DNA of 64,000 nt, taken from the NCBI GenBank assembly GCA_951406725.2, contig OX597838.1:7378001-7442000 (forward strand), written 5' to 3'. The translations under genes were made by a program, and so were the position numbers. This DNA is from Octopus vulgaris. Lineage: Eukaryota. The notes under the pieces were generated by a model. It saw only the letters and a list, made by a program, of their open reading frames with translations, did not search any database and was not told the DNA's origin. Below, piece by piece: positions 23,620 through 38,604 of this stretch (within the stretch, counting starts at the first letter, position 1; every line of letters begins with the position of its first letter).

Positions 23620-24545
23620 CTTGGACCGCTACTGTTTCTTGTGGTTCTCTCAGATATGCCCTCTGTCGTACAGTCAGCCATTCTCACCAGCTATACCGAC
23701 AGTACAAAATTATCTCCGGTGGTAAATGACCCTTATGACATAGTAAACTGCATGCAATATATAAAATGGTCCTTGACAATAACACGTAGTACAATGCTGA
23801 TAAGATTCAAGCAAACTGTTATTGTCCCACGGACAGCCCTCAGTCGGAATACATAGGACCAGGGGCAGTGCAATTCCAGAGTTAGAATCGAAGCGTGATC
23901 TGGGGATCCACATGAGTAGTGATGCAACATTCCACCTGAGGCAACCTAGCGCCACTACACAAAGAAGATGGATTGGGTGAAACAGATGAACTACTAAGAG
24001 AGGTTACAAGATCTGAAGCGCTACTCCCTGGAGGTAATGAGTCACAGCTTATAAAGTGATACACATATAGAAGCTCCTGGAACCTCTAGCTCCCAACTGG
24101 GCAAATAGAAGCTCTACCAACCACCAAAATGAACGGCACTGTATAATACTAAAGATACTGACTTCTGCATCAAAGATAACGACCCAGTATTCTTTTCTAC
24201 TCTAAGAAAAGGCCTGAAATTTTGGGGGAGGAGGCCTGTCGATTATATCAACCTCACTACTCAACTGGTACTAAATTTATCGACCACGAAAGGATAAAAG
24301 TCAACCTCGGCGGAATACGAACTCAGAACACAAAGACAGACGAAATACCGCTAAGATTTTCTGCCAGCTCGTCGCCTTCGTAAGGTCCCAGTGTTGAAAT
24401 AGCTTGCGTTTCAGGGGACCACAACTGTTTAACAACAGGCCAAGGACTCTAAGAGATTTTGCAAGGTGTAAATGTGGTAGTGTTAAAAAAGCACTTAGAC
24501 AAATTTCTGTCTGAAATGCAATATGTGTCCACATCACGGCAGGAG
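23620..24545 (+). pseudogene. Decayed CR1-like LINE RT / 3' portion, interrupted by a SINE
   Basis: Remnants GPLLFLVVLSDMP...SYTDSTKL (degenerate YADDTK), KRDLGIHMSSD, ERLQDLKRYSLE, NSLRFRGPQLFN and LKKHLDKFLS. Confidence 0.75.
24190..24377 (-). mobile_element. SINE family A, tail type 1, inserted in the CR1-like remnant
   Basis: Head ggcgacgagctggcagaa, body ttcgtattccgccgaggttgacttt and tail cccaaaatttcaggccttt. An imperfect flanking direct repeat reads taacgacccagtatt / taaggtcccagtgtt. Confidence 0.8.
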
Positions 24546-24760
24546 ACCCAGCCTCTAGCTGAAACCCAGCGGGTTGTAGAGGAATATAAGAATATCTATA
24601 TGTATATACATATATCTATGTATGTCTATCTATCTATGTAAGTATATCCATCTCTATGTATCTATCTATCAATCTATCTCTGTCTATGTCTATCTATCTG
24701 TCTATCTATTTATCTATTTATTCATGTATATGTATATATCTATCTATGTCAATCTATCTA

Positions 24761-24836
<76 letters not shown>

Positions 24837-25000
24837 TACACATTTATATATATATGCATATACATATAATATATATACATATATGTAAATATATATACAA
24901 TATATATATATATGTATATAATATATATATATATTATATTATATACATATATATATTATATGTATATGTATATATAAATATATATATATATATGTATATA

Positions 25001-25031
<31 letters not shown>

Positions 25032-25428
25032 GTGATATAGATATATATATATATATATATGCAAATATATATACAATATATATATAATATATGCATATAT
25101 GCACATTTATATAGCTGTGTGCATGTATGTGTGTGTGTGTGTGCGTGTGTGTAAAGGTGTGGTTAGGCGTAAATAATTTTCCAAGCAATGTGAATAATGA
25201 ATGAAATCTAAGAAATATTTTATTTCTTTTTCCTTTGCCCTTCCCATTCATTATGTGTAGATATTTCCTTCATTGCTACAGACAATATCACTCCTGAAAA
25301 TAGCTTCCCTTGAATACGAAGAGCTTAATACGCATGCACAGACTAGTGTCTGTAAGTGTAGATTCATACCAATAGATGCATACATACACATACATATTCA
25401 TGCGTGTTCAGTTGCCTGTGTTTTGCCT

Positions 25429-25513
<85 letters not shown>

Positions 25514-25685
25514 GGAAAAAGAGGCCAAAAAAATTTACATATATACAAATTCATGTTTGCAAATGTGTGTGTATATATTATGTCATGCATAATATGTGAA
25601 TTTACAGACTCACATACACACATACTCACGTGCACACACAAAGGTGTATATGCATATATACGCAGACACACCTATGTATACAAAA

Positions 25686-25735
<50 letters not shown>

Positions 25736-26010
25736 GTACGGATTTGTAGATATGGTGGCATGAATTTATACAGTAATGTATGCGTAAGTATGTATGCATG
25801 CATGTGTATATCCTATTATAACATTGCATGAAATAAAGAAGCGCTAAAAAATCCCAAGTGACATCGCATTCTTTCGCGGATTTCTTTATTTATTATGGAA
25901 CAAGAGAGGTACGTACAGATAAAAATGTTTATATATATATACATGTATATATATATATATATATGTATGTATACATATAAATATATATATATATATATTG
26001 TGTGTGTGTG

Positions 26011-26056
<46 letters not shown>

Positions 26057-26087
26057 TATATAAATATATATATATATATATATGCAC

Positions 26088-26127
<40 letters not shown>

Positions 26128-28116
26128 TTGAATAAGTATACACATTCATGTATGAATATGTATATATATATATATTTATATATATGTGATATTGTATATT
26201 CATGTATATGTATATATATGTGTGTGTGTGTTTGTGTGTGTGTATATATATACATATGTATAAATAAACATATATATATATATATATATGTATATGTATA
26301 TATATATACATATGTAATTCAGCTTTTCGAAACTTATTATGGCTGCGTTTGATTCGCTGCAACTGAAATGCAAGTGGAAGAATTGTAAAAGATGTAAAGA
26401 AACCGAACGAAAAAGAAAGAAAAGATAAGAAAAAAAAACAACACACGGAAAATACAACCAAAAAATAAATACAAACTAACATTTCTTACAGAACTCCATA
26501 TTCTCTGATGATTTCTTCTGTATAATATCAGGGTCTATATTTATCTGTAGATTATAGTCGTAATGAGAATTTTCTGAAGGAAACCTCTGTGGTTAATTGC
26601 TAGTTCTGTTCTCAGATCATGTATTAGACTCCCTCAAATAACAGTGAGTCGTCGACGGCAGCGGTTTCACACTTCCTCACTAAATGATACAAACTATCTC
26701 ACTAAAACGAAGCAAGATTATCTTAAAGGCGACGAGCGTGCGCAATTTGCGGTGAATCTAACCACGTTTAATACATATGTATGAAAAAATAACAAACGTT
26801 ACGAATATCTTTCGTTGATATCATAATTTTATCAATCGTTGATAGCTTAGCCTTCTTTTACTTTTCTCTCTCTCTCTCTTTTTTTTACTAAGATCGATCA
26901 GTAATAGGCATCATACATTCAATGCAATTGATGCCAGCTCCAACATTAATTCCACGTTTTATAGATACACATGAATATCTTTAAAACACGTTGCCTAATT
27001 GTACAACGAAACACGAGGAATGGAAAAAAAAAGACTCCTCGCATATTCAACGGAGTGATATAAGTTATTTGAATAATATGGGACTGTAAATATAAGCAAT
27101 ATTTTGAGGACATTATTTTCTTGAAATATCTACATTTTATTTAGTATTTGAACACGTATTAATTCCTATAAAATTTTGCAAATAGTTCTAGAGTTCTGTT
27201 TAAAAATGTTAAACACGCATTAGTGAATTTTAGCAATATTGCACTTAACTAAATTTCGTTATTTCATTTGAACAAAAGTTGGAATTTCATAATGTAAACG
27301 GTTAGATATTCATTAAAACGGTACTATAAAAAATATCTATTCTTTTCACGTGTTTTTATAATTCTCTACATTAATTTATAGACATAACTATTACATGAAT
27401 TTTATTAAAATTTTATTAAAAATCGCGTATTTCATTGCGCAAATACGTTAGTTTCTGTGTTGCGTAGACCCCAAAACACTAGCGATTATTATTGACTTAA
27501 TGCACGGAATAGCAAACAGCACTAAGTAATGAAATGCATCATCTACCCAGGAATTTCGTCTGGGTAATATATTCCTATTAATTCACTGCATCAATACCTA
27601 CAATAAGCATAAGGACCATGTTTTTTCCTAAACTGCAGAGAAAGGATTTTTTCTTTATGATTATAGCACATGATCAGTTCTATTTTGTTATTTAAATAAA
27701 CACCAGCAATGGTTAGGTTTTATGTCGTATTCATCAGACTTCTGTATTGATATTCCTTAGAATATAGAATTGACGTATTGGTGGTACCGCTCTCTTTCCT
27801 CTTTAACAACGACCCTAAATTGTCTGCAAAATAATCCATAAGGCTGTAGAGGAAACGCAATTTATTATTCGCATTATTACCCTTGCTAGAGGAACGAGAA
27901 AAAATCCTATTCAGTATATGCCTCAGAGTTTGTTTTTTTTTTTATTTTATTTCTAGAAATGTTTTGTTTCTTTTTTTTTACCGAATTTGTTTGTTGCAAG
28001 AAAATCTTTTCATTGTTGTTAACAATCAAGAAGGACATTTTATTCTGTGCAGGGTTAAGTAACGTCGCAAATAGCTCACCTTCCTTTGTTTTATTTCCAT
28101 TTTGCGAAGCATAGAT

Positions 28117-28290
28117 GGTGCGAAATGGCAGAATCATGCCTGCACTGGATAACATGCGTAGTAGCATCCTATCCGTCTTTATGTCTGAGTTCAAATTCTG
28201 CCGTAGTCAACGGTGCATTTAATCTTTTCGGGGTAGAGGAAATAAGTCACAATTGAAAACTCATGTTTTATTCAATCAACCAGCTCCATC
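28117..28290 (+). mobile_element. Degenerate SINE family A copy
   Basis: ggtgcgaaatggcagaatc...ctgagttcaaattctgccgtagtcaac...cttttcggggtaga. Confidence 0.6.
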
Positions 28291-28785
28291 TAGCGTGACA
28301 TCGACACCAAGTTATTTCAATATAATCACTAAGTTTGGGCGGATAATGATGCCCGTATCGATATTCAAATATCTCCTAACTACACATGCATTTCAAGGTA
28401 AACGATATATGCATATGTGTGAGGTGTGAGATTTTAGACACACACATATATACATATATAACTACGAAACCAATCTCTCTATGAAAATGTTTTCAATGCT
28501 CTGTCGACGATTCTCAAGAAGACAATATTTTGCAAATACGAGACGAGATGTATAACATATCAGTACTTTTCCATGGCCGTGATATGTTCATATACATATA
28601 AATACTCTGTGTTTTCGTTGTTTGAAAAAGACCGTTTCCATGTTTTTGTTTTTATGTTTTCGTTTCTCGTTGTGTTCTACGTTTTTCTTTTGGTATCCTG
28701 TACCCATATATGCATGTATATACACATATAGATGTAGGTATGTACATATATGTATGTATGCATATATTTAATTTATTAATTTGTC

Positions 28786-28844
<59 letters not shown>

Positions 28845-29302
28845 ATACATAACTATGTATCTATGTATGTATTTATACATAAATATATATGTATATATAT
28901 GTGTATGTACGTATATATGTATGTATGTATATATGTTGTATATTATATATATACTCTACATATGTTCGCCTGAAGATAGCAACAGTTTTCAACTACACTA
29001 GTCGCTAGACATTGTGATTTTCAGTTTTCATAAATAAAAAAACAGTAACAATAATAATAATGAAAATGATATGCACATGCGTGTATACCTGTGCATATAG
29101 GTGTGTTTTCTTCTACCTGTCTGTAGCATATGATCAAATTATATATATGAGACATAAATTATATATATTTATGCACACCATACATCTGTCTCTGCTTCTG
29201 TCGCTCTCCCTCTCTCTCCCTCTCTCTCCACCTTTCTTTCTATCTTTCTTTCTTTCTTCCTTTCTTTCGTTCTCTCTCTCTCTCTTTATATATATACATA
29301 TA

Positions 29303-29358
<56 letters not shown>

Positions 29359-29359
29359 C

Positions 29360-29410
<51 letters not shown>

Positions 29411-29620
29411 TAAATATGCACACTAATAACTTAGGTATGTATTAACAAAGAAAGTACATAGAACAAGAAAGTGTGAGATAGTGAGCGAGGGAAAGAGGAT
29501 AAGCGAAAGAGAAAGAACGACATAGAGAGAAAGATAGCAGGAATGAAAAATGGTGTAGAAATAGAAGATCAGAATTATAGCAACAGGAGACATATAAATA
29601 ATTCGTAAAACTTACATATA

Positions 29621-29674
<54 letters not shown>

Positions 29675-30042
29675 TATATATATACAGGTATATGTGTATA
29701 TATATTCATAACCATACCTAGAGTTTAATTGTAAACACGTTTCTCTCAATATGTACATAATATAGGTAAACAATGGAAACGAAGCTACGTCAGACGACAA
29801 ATAAAAGTGTAGAAACAACGTATGCTGTATTTTATATTTAGTGTCTATGGTAGAAGATGAATACCTCGCCGTACAAATCATACAAGCCAACACAATATGC
29901 CAATAAAAATAGATTATATATTAAATATTAAATATAATATATATTCTGCAGAGAAATGTCACTTCAACATTTCCGTATATATTTTACGATATTAATGTAT
30001 ATATTAATCAGAAATATGAATATAGTTATGTTAGAAATTAAA

Positions 30043-30121
<79 letters not shown>

Positions 30122-30174
30122 CTATTATCTATCTATCTATCTCTCTCTCTCTATATATATATATAATATACATA

Positions 30175-30240
<66 letters not shown>

Positions 30241-30799
30241 TATATATATATATCATATATATATACATGTGTATATATATATATATATATACTTACATAT
30301 ATATATATATATAACACATTCGTCACACATACAGACCCGTCACACATACAGACCCGTCACACACATAGACAAATATATATTGCTTTAAAACTAAAAGAAT
30401 ACGGAAGAAAGTATCATACATCTTCTAAGCAGTTTTTCTTTCTTCATGCATGGAACCATGTATGAAAATGGTGCGCGTATCAAACAAATATATTTACAAT
30501 AGTCATCCACCGACAGAGAGAAGCGGAACAAAGTACAATAAGTAAACTGTAATATGAGTAAGTAAGTATTAGACATATTACTGTTTTCATATATTTGAAG
30601 AGGAATTTATCTAAACTTCACAGATGTCACCGCATCTACGTATAAATCACCTTTACATTGACATTTTCTGTAGAAACATCAGAGATTTTCAGGAAATCAT
30701 GATATACATGAACGGGCAAATTGGCTGTAGTACTTCTACTATATGTTTCGCATAATTATATCTAGGTATTTACATGGAAATATTTAAACAATAAATCAC

Positions 30800-31091
30800 G
30801 GAAGAATAACGCATAACAACTGATAAATGCATGTATGTATGTATGTATGTATGTATGTATGTATGTATGTATATATATATAAAGTTAATCCAAACAAGAA
30901 AACAAAAGCAAAAAACAACAACGCAAGGACGTGGAACAAATAAAGTATTATTGGACGCTGAGGAAAGAAGGGAAGAAGGAGGGTTTGACGTTTCGAGCGG
31001 AGCTCTTCGTCGGAAACATAGGAGAAGGAAAGATCCCGAGAAGGGAAGACAGGGGAAAAAAATCGCTAGTGATACAGACGAGGTCACATAC

Positions 31092-31095
<4 letters not shown>
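30800..31095 (-). mobile_element. Probable Penelope-like terminal repeat fragment with a hammerhead-like motif at 30983-31017
   Basis: The minus strand reads GTTT-CCGACGA-A-GAGC tcc GCTC-GAAACGTC-AAAC. Confidence 0.5.
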
Positions 31096-31140
<45 letters not shown>

Positions 31141-31596
31141 GTTACCAGGGTAGTAAACATTCTCAAAAATCCCAAGGATATTACCGCCTACTTATTTGAT
31201 ATATATATATATATATCAAATTAAAATGAGGGAGAAAAATTGGATATTAATTTGATAACATCAATTTAACACCAGTGGTCTAGCATATTAAAAACTGAGG
31301 TTCAGTAAATAGTATTACATGCATATAAGAGGCAATTACCACTATGTGGAAACCCTTATGCTAGAAGGAGATCCGCTACTGTCTTACCACTACGAATTGT
31401 TCTCTAGAAAATTTAGCAAACACCAGAAACGGAAGCGAGCAAGATAAATGAAAAGTAACAAACATATAGATTAATCATAACAATGTTTCACTATCAACAA
31501 ATTACATAGGATTACTTACATAATTTAACTGCTTATCTTCAGTATGCTCGTCCATACAAATATAATTTGCAGAACTACACACCAGACATCAACGTA

Positions 31597-31674
31597 AGTA
31601 ATTTATCGACCCCAAAAGGATGAAAGGCAAAGTCGACCTCGGCAGAATTTGAACGTAACGACAGACGAAATACC
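31597..31674 (-). mobile_element. Partial SINE family A body directly downstream of the full copy
   Basis: The minus strand ggtatttcgtctgtcgttacgttcaaattctgccgaggtcgactttgcctttcatcc repeats the body of the adjacent copy. Confidence 0.8.
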
Positions 31675-31905
31675 TATTTCTGTACTACCCACAAGGGGCT
31701 ACACACACACGGGACAAACAAGGACAGATAAACGGATTAATTCGATTATATCGACCCCAGTGTGTAACTGGTACTTAGTTAATCGACCCCGAAAGGATGA
31801 AAGGCAAAGTCGACCTCGGCGGAATTTGAACTCAAAACGTAAAGATAGACGAAATATTGCTAAGCATTTCGCCCGGCGTGCTAACGTTTCTGCCAATTCG
31901 CAGCC
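31675..31905 (-). mobile_element. SINE family A, tail type 2 (LINE-like tail)
   Basis: tRNA-like head, B-box-like GAGTTCAAATTCC, body gtcgactttgcctttcatcctttcggggtcga and tail tctgtccttgtttgtccc...tagccccttgtgggtagtacagaaata. Confidence 0.88.
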
Positions 31906-32672
31906 TTACCGAAGGACCTATTCCAGCACAGGTCTGGTAGTATAATTTTCATCCCAGAATGTATAAAATGCAAAGTTGATGATGTCAGAATATGAACACT
32001 CAGTAACAGAAAGATACACAATTTACCGCATTACTATTTATAGGACACTTTAACGAATCTTTAAGAGGGTTCCCAAATATTTGTGTGTGTGTGTGTTTTA
32101 ATGTGTTCCGTTTTAGTAAATTCAGTTTATGTCTTATTCTTATAACATTGGCATAATTGACATTCTCCCACCCTCGAAATTACTGGCCCACTACCAAAAA
32201 TTCCAAACCATTATTATATCATAGCCGTTAAATTGAATTATTCTTCTCCATTCTGGCACATTTGCGAATGTTTGAGCGAATAAATATTTCCAATAAATTT
32301 ATGAAATATATTTCTAATTTCTATCAGAGAGTCCTTTTCTAAATTTTTTTTTATATTTAATATGAATTTCCACATTTTGAGCATTTACAAATGTAATTAT
32401 TTACACTTAGCAAATATTGAAATTTTTTGAATGACGCTTCCGTATCGCGACTTAGATTTTCGTTCCAATACAAGAGCATTTTGGAAATTCAAGTGCATTT
32501 AAAAAACGCAACACACTTTTGAACACTTCTTCCTCTTTCTTACTCTTCATCTCTCTCTCGTCATATATCTATATTATCTACCTATCAATCTAACTACGTT
32601 TTCGATGCAATTAGGTGTACAGGTAAATTATCTACAAACCGATGCTATAGACATGTACTGGTAAACATTTTA

Positions 32673-32763
<91 letters not shown>

Positions 32764-33067
32764 TACTCCTAGATATTTATAATTATTTTTCTATATGTTT
32801 TCATTATATGATTTATATCGAAATTACACATACGTAAGTATAATATATAAATCACGTGAAATAGATATATATTCTTTATGTATATGTGCGTGTTTGTGTG
32901 TGCTTTCATTTATCTATATATTTGTGTGTAGGTGTGAGTGCGCGCGTATGTAGGTGTTTATACTGAGAGAGGTATGTGAGTGGGGTATGAGCGATGAATA
33001 TAGCATTCAATATATCCATATTTGGTTTTATAGCTAAACTCATATTATATATATATATATATATATG

Positions 33068-33106
<39 letters not shown>

Positions 33107-33320
33107 AGAGAGAGGAAAAGAAAGAGAGAGCGATATATAGGTACATGTGGATATTTTTCTGTGCATGTGTGTGCAAGTGTGTGTTCTTGTGTGCGCGTGC
33201 AATGGGGTTTATATGCATCCTTCGACTCATGGCTCTGATGGACGAAAACAGCTTTACTTGTTGGAGAAGAGCATTGGAACCCAAACTATGATTTCTAGAA
33301 CGAATTTGGGTTCTAGATAT

Positions 33321-33548
33321 GGCGGCGAACTGGCAGAATCCTTAACACGCACGACAAGTTCGGCCCCTTTTTTTCCAGCTCTTTGTGTTCTAAGTTCAAA
33401 ATCTGCCGAGATCAACTTTGCTTTCCATCAATGTAGGGTTTCGATGACATTAAATACCAGTCAAGTACCCGGGTTAAATTAATCGACTTATCCCACCCAC
33501 GCCCGCAAAAAATTGCTGGCCTTGTGTCAAAATATAAAACCAATATTT
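33321..33548 (+). mobile_element. SINE family A, tail type 1
   Basis: ggcggcgaactggcagaatc...aagttcaaaatctgccgagatcaactttgctttccatc...aaaattgctggccttgtg. Confidence 0.75.
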
Positions 33549-34873
33549 GAAATATCACCAGATCTATTATACTTTCTTCTTGTGCAGTATTCTCATTCTT
33601 TCATTTTGCAATTGAGAGTATCACAACTCTCACTTATTCGTCTTATTCGTTTGCGTTTTAATATGTGTTGCCGTTTTTGTAGTATTAAGAACTTGCTTAA
33701 GATAGGCATGGAGATTAACTTTGCCAAAAATATTTTTTCCATCCGTGCGTAGTAGGCCGTCTGCTGTTAAAATTGTAAAGAATTCCGATGTCTGTGCTTG
33801 GATTAATATTGTCATCTCAATTTCTCTAATTAACATGGTATTAATAATTATTTGTTTTTCCTCTCTTGTTTATCATTGTTAATTTAGCGTGTTTTGCAAT
33901 ACTACTAAATATGGCGTAATACTTGAAACACTGTCTGCACTTGTTAACCCTCTGCAGAGAACGCTTTGTTGTTATTCGTAAACAAAAGCCAGATAAATGT
34001 CTTCTCATAGGAATTTTGCATCTGAACTTTACAAGACAAAAAAATGCAGAGAAGGTGAAATAGTTTCGGATATTATTCCTGGTGTATTGGATATAGTTTA
34101 TAGAAAACTTGGTTTAATATGATACAGGTACATCGCAAATTTCAACGTTTCGAGTTACCACTTTTTCCATTTTATGTCATTATTTTTAAAGAATTTAAAT
34201 CGATAAAAAAACTCAACTTCAGCTCAATTATTTTCAACTACACGGCGATGGCAGCGAACTTATTTACAGCACACATATTTAAAAATTTAAAGAAACACAG
34301 ATAGAAACTAATGCTAAACTGGAAGATCAAATCAAAGACATTTTAAAATATTTACAAACCGCCATTTAAATCAGATATAAGCTAAAATGAAATTTCAATA
34401 TCTATTTTCGTGTTACGCCCTATTTGAAGCTACGTCGCATAACTTGGGACAAAATACCGACGTAAGTTGAACAGTCTTTTTATTTCGTTACTTATTCATG
34501 ACTTATTTGCGAACCTTGTTTTATCATCCAAACGGCAAACATTTCCAGAATCAACGAGTGAGGATACATGTAGTCAAAATTCTTCTGCTAATCAATCATT
34601 CTTACATTTGCAATGTTGTATCTTCTAAATATTTTAGCACTGGTTTCGCAGCATCCACTTAGGCCGGGGCGGGGTGGGATCGAGTCAAACTAAGCTTTGT
34701 ATTTTTTTACTTCTTTTTCTATTCCAGTGTGAGAATCGGTGTTGAATATTTCATCAAGAAGTTCAAGATTTTTTTTACTTCATGATGCATGTCACAAATA
34801 TAGTCACCCTCACACACACACTCACACACACACACACATACACGATCACACACACACACATATATATATACAA

Positions 34874-34979
<106 letters not shown>

Positions 34980-35033
34980 GTATATTTACCACCACACACA
35001 AATAAACATATATATATATATATACATACACAC

Positions 35034-35065
<32 letters not shown>

Positions 35066-36122
35066 CTGCATGTGTGTGTCTGTGTCTCCATGTGTGTATG
35101 TTTGTGTTTGTGGCGATTGAGTGTGGGTGAGTGTGTATGTTTATACATTTATAGGAATTGTCTGTTAGATGTGGTGTTTGTTGTTTTGAAAAAATCCTTC
35201 CCCGCCATTCCAGTAATTGAACTGTCCAAACTCTTTTCCAAACGGCATTGCATTGGTATCTATTTCCATCGTGTTTCTTCCCCCCTTCCCCCCCCCCCAA
35301 GGCCCTCCACCAGATTGGCCAAATTCGTTTTGGGCCGTTGTCGAAATATCTATTGCGTTCCATGAAACGTTGTCAGTTTTAATTATTATTGCACTCTTTG
35401 TAATTTATCTAGGATCTCTTGTTTTAAACATTTATTTTCAGAATTTTTTTTTTCTATACTTGCGAGTTTATACGTCTACTGTGCTATTGTATATCTCCTG
35501 CCAACTATTTCTTATTTATGACGTATCGCTTCTTTCAGTTTCTGTCTTTTCTCTCCATAACCTTCGCGTGGAATTTTATATTAATGCAGATTTAGAAAAT
35601 AATATTGAGCCATCAGTCACCGTCCATTTCTGGCTGCGCTGATTGTTGCATAAATTATTTACAACCCTGAGGTGATAAGGATTTTGATATTTATTAGTTT
35701 CTTTTTCGTTTATAAGCTTTGTGTACTGTGTATACTTTTCATTGTATGCCATCTTTACTTACTCCATTTTTTTGTATCTACTTACGTTATTTCATTGCAT
35801 GTAAATCCCCACATTTTATGTCTATTTTGTAGTGTCATTCTCATACTCATCCTTCGCCCTGATGGCAAATAAATGAAACCATTATGTCAGAGTTGACCAT
35901 TCCATGTGTCGGGTTAATTTTCTTTGGAGCTAGTCAGCCTTCTACCTCATAGCTATACATCGCATGGTCTGGTACGGACATATCCGCCGTCCCCCATTAG
36001 ATCATCCTTTCGGGACTTTATTCTTATTCGATGCAGCTAGAAGAAGCCTCGTAACAAGACACGCACCAGCTAGCTGGACGTGATTAGGGGTTTCCGGAGG
36101 CACACTGTCACCTTGAAGGGGA

Positions 36123-36339
36123 GGTGATGAGCTGACAGTATCGTTAGTACGCCGGGCGAAATGCTAAGCCTTATTTCGTCTGTCTTTATGTTCTGAGTTG
36201 AAATTCCGCAGTAGTTGACTTTGCCTTTCATCCTTCCGGGAAAGCGAAATTAAGTACCAGTTGCGTACTGCTGTCGATCAAATCGAGTGTTTCCATCCCA
36301 CCAAAATTCCGGGCCTTGTGCCTAGAGTAGAAAATAATA
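36123..36339 (+). mobile_element. SINE family A, tail type 1, with target-site duplication
   Basis: Family A head and body with tail ccaaaattccgggccttgtgcctagagtagaaaa. Flanking direct repeat TCAC(C/T)TTGAAGG at 36108-36119 and 36340-36351. Confidence 0.85.
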
Positions 36340-36781
36340 TCACTTTGAAGGATAGAATGGGGCTAGCATGACCGTGTCAGAAATGGAGACCATTGGTGGA
36401 TCCGATTGGTTCTATGTTTGGTGACGTCTTTGGAACGAAAAACTTGTGATGGCCTCAGAGACATAGAGCACCAGCATGAATCACACAATCAACAAAGCTA
36501 AGATTTTTGTTGGTCTTTAGCATGTTCTCTTAAATCCATCTGAAGTGTTCTCTGAAACTTAGCTGTTAATTTATAGATATGGCCTTGTATTGCATAGTTT
36601 CCCCTGATAACCAACAACTGAGATATTCGTTTTAAATTTGTCTTTACATGAACATTCAATATATAAAGATTCACGTCGTGAACTAAGACGATATAATGGC
36701 CAAACAGTAATTTCACAGGAAGCATTCTGACAAACCATCTAGCGACTCTGCTAATTCGTCACGTTAAATACAGACACAGAA

Positions 36782-36794
36782 GCTGAAAGAGGCC

Positions 36795-36846
<52 letters not shown>

Positions 36847-37070
36847 TGTGTGTGTATATGTTTTTTTTCTGTGTTTGTACCCCAACATCGCTTGACAAGT
36901 GATAGTGGTGTGTTTATATCTCTGTAACTTCGCGGTTCGACGAAAGGGTCTGATAGAATAAGTACTAGGTTTACAATGAATAAGTCCTGGGGTCGATTTG
37001 CTCGACTAAAGGCGTTGCTCCAGCATGGCCGCAATCAAATGACTGAAACAAGTAAAAGAATAAAAGGAAA
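36782..37070 (+). mobile_element. 5'-truncated SINE family B
   Basis: Matches the 3' half of the 51950-52398 copy (gatagaataagtactagg..., gctcgactaaaggcg.tgctccagcatggccgca, gactgaaacaagtaaaagaataaaag). Confidence 0.85.
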
Positions 37071-37137
37071 GAGTACACACACACACATATATATATATAT
37101 ACATATATATATATACATACATATACGTACATCTATA

Positions 37138-37175
<38 letters not shown>

Positions 37176-38149
37176 AATCCATATATACATATAGCCACTT
37201 ATGTATACATAGTTAGATAACGTAAGATACATTCTTACATGCATAGGTACATACTTACACACACATACTTACATGGACACGCATACATAAATACATACAT
37301 GCGTACATACACATATACATACACATCGTAAAGATCATCACCATCATCTTCATACAGTTATTGACTACGACCTCATCCAGATAGATTTGTTTACCTGCAA
37401 ATATGTGATGTGTTTATGCCATCAGTGAAGAACATGGTCGCCAGTTAAGTTGAACAGCTACCTGAAATATTGTGAAGTATTAGCAGAACTGCGGTAAATA
37501 TTGGACAAACGTCAAAAATAATATATTAGAATGTTGCATCAAGTAAGATGATATGCCAAGATGGTGCTTTTGTTGTACATTATGCATGGGGATAGAGATG
37601 GTGAGAATCCTCCAAGGAAAAAAAAATGGAGACAAATGGCTCTTTGTTATGATTATCTCCTCTTTGCTTTCGCCTGAGATAACTCGTTTTTGTTTTGTCT
37701 TTTGATATTTTTGTTGTTTGTTGTTTTCTTGTGTTTTTTTTTTTAATTCTTCGTCTTTCAAAGATTTCTCCGTATGTTTAGCTCAGAGAAAACAGACAGA
37801 TACACAAACACACACGCATATACACACACACACACACATGTATATATATATATATATATACGTATATATATATATATACATACATATATATATATATACA
37901 TATATATACATACATACACACGTATATATATATATATATATACATACATACATACATACATACATACTTGCATGTACTTACGTATGCATATACACATTTG
38001 CTGTATGCATATATATATATATACATATATGTATATATATATAATCACTGGAAGACTCAGTCCCAGATTTGTCATTATGTGGAAATATAATAAAATAAAA
38101 TAATGAGAAAAATAAAAATAAATATAAATAAACAGATAATGAAAATAAG

Positions 38150-38256
38150 TAAATGATAATAACAACAACAACAGCAATAATAGTAATACTAACAACAACA
38201 ATAATAGTAATAATAATAATAACAATAATAATAATAATAATAATGATAATAATAAC

Positions 38257-38347
<91 letters not shown>

Positions 38348-38370
38348 TAATAATAATAAAAATAATAAAA
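38150..38370. repeat. (AAT)n microsatellite
   Basis: Directly visible. Confidence 0.95.
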
Positions 38371-38573
38371 ATCTTTGTTTCCATAAGAGGATTACTTCTA
38401 AATCTATTTTCGTCTGTATTTTTACCAATTCTTTACTTATCAGAAAAGAATTTCAAAAATATATAAAGAAAAGAACGAAAATAAATACTACAATAGAAGA
38501 GGATAACAAAAGCAAGCACAATGGCAAGAACATCAGCATCGTAACCACCGTCGTCAGCATTGAGAATAACAAG

Positions 38574-38604
<31 letters not shown>

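Noticed and set aside
35150-35660. Possible R4/Dong-like retrotransposon remnant on the minus strand
   Set aside because: The resemblance is vague (RFMERNRYF, VWKRVW) with many stops, so it is unsupported.
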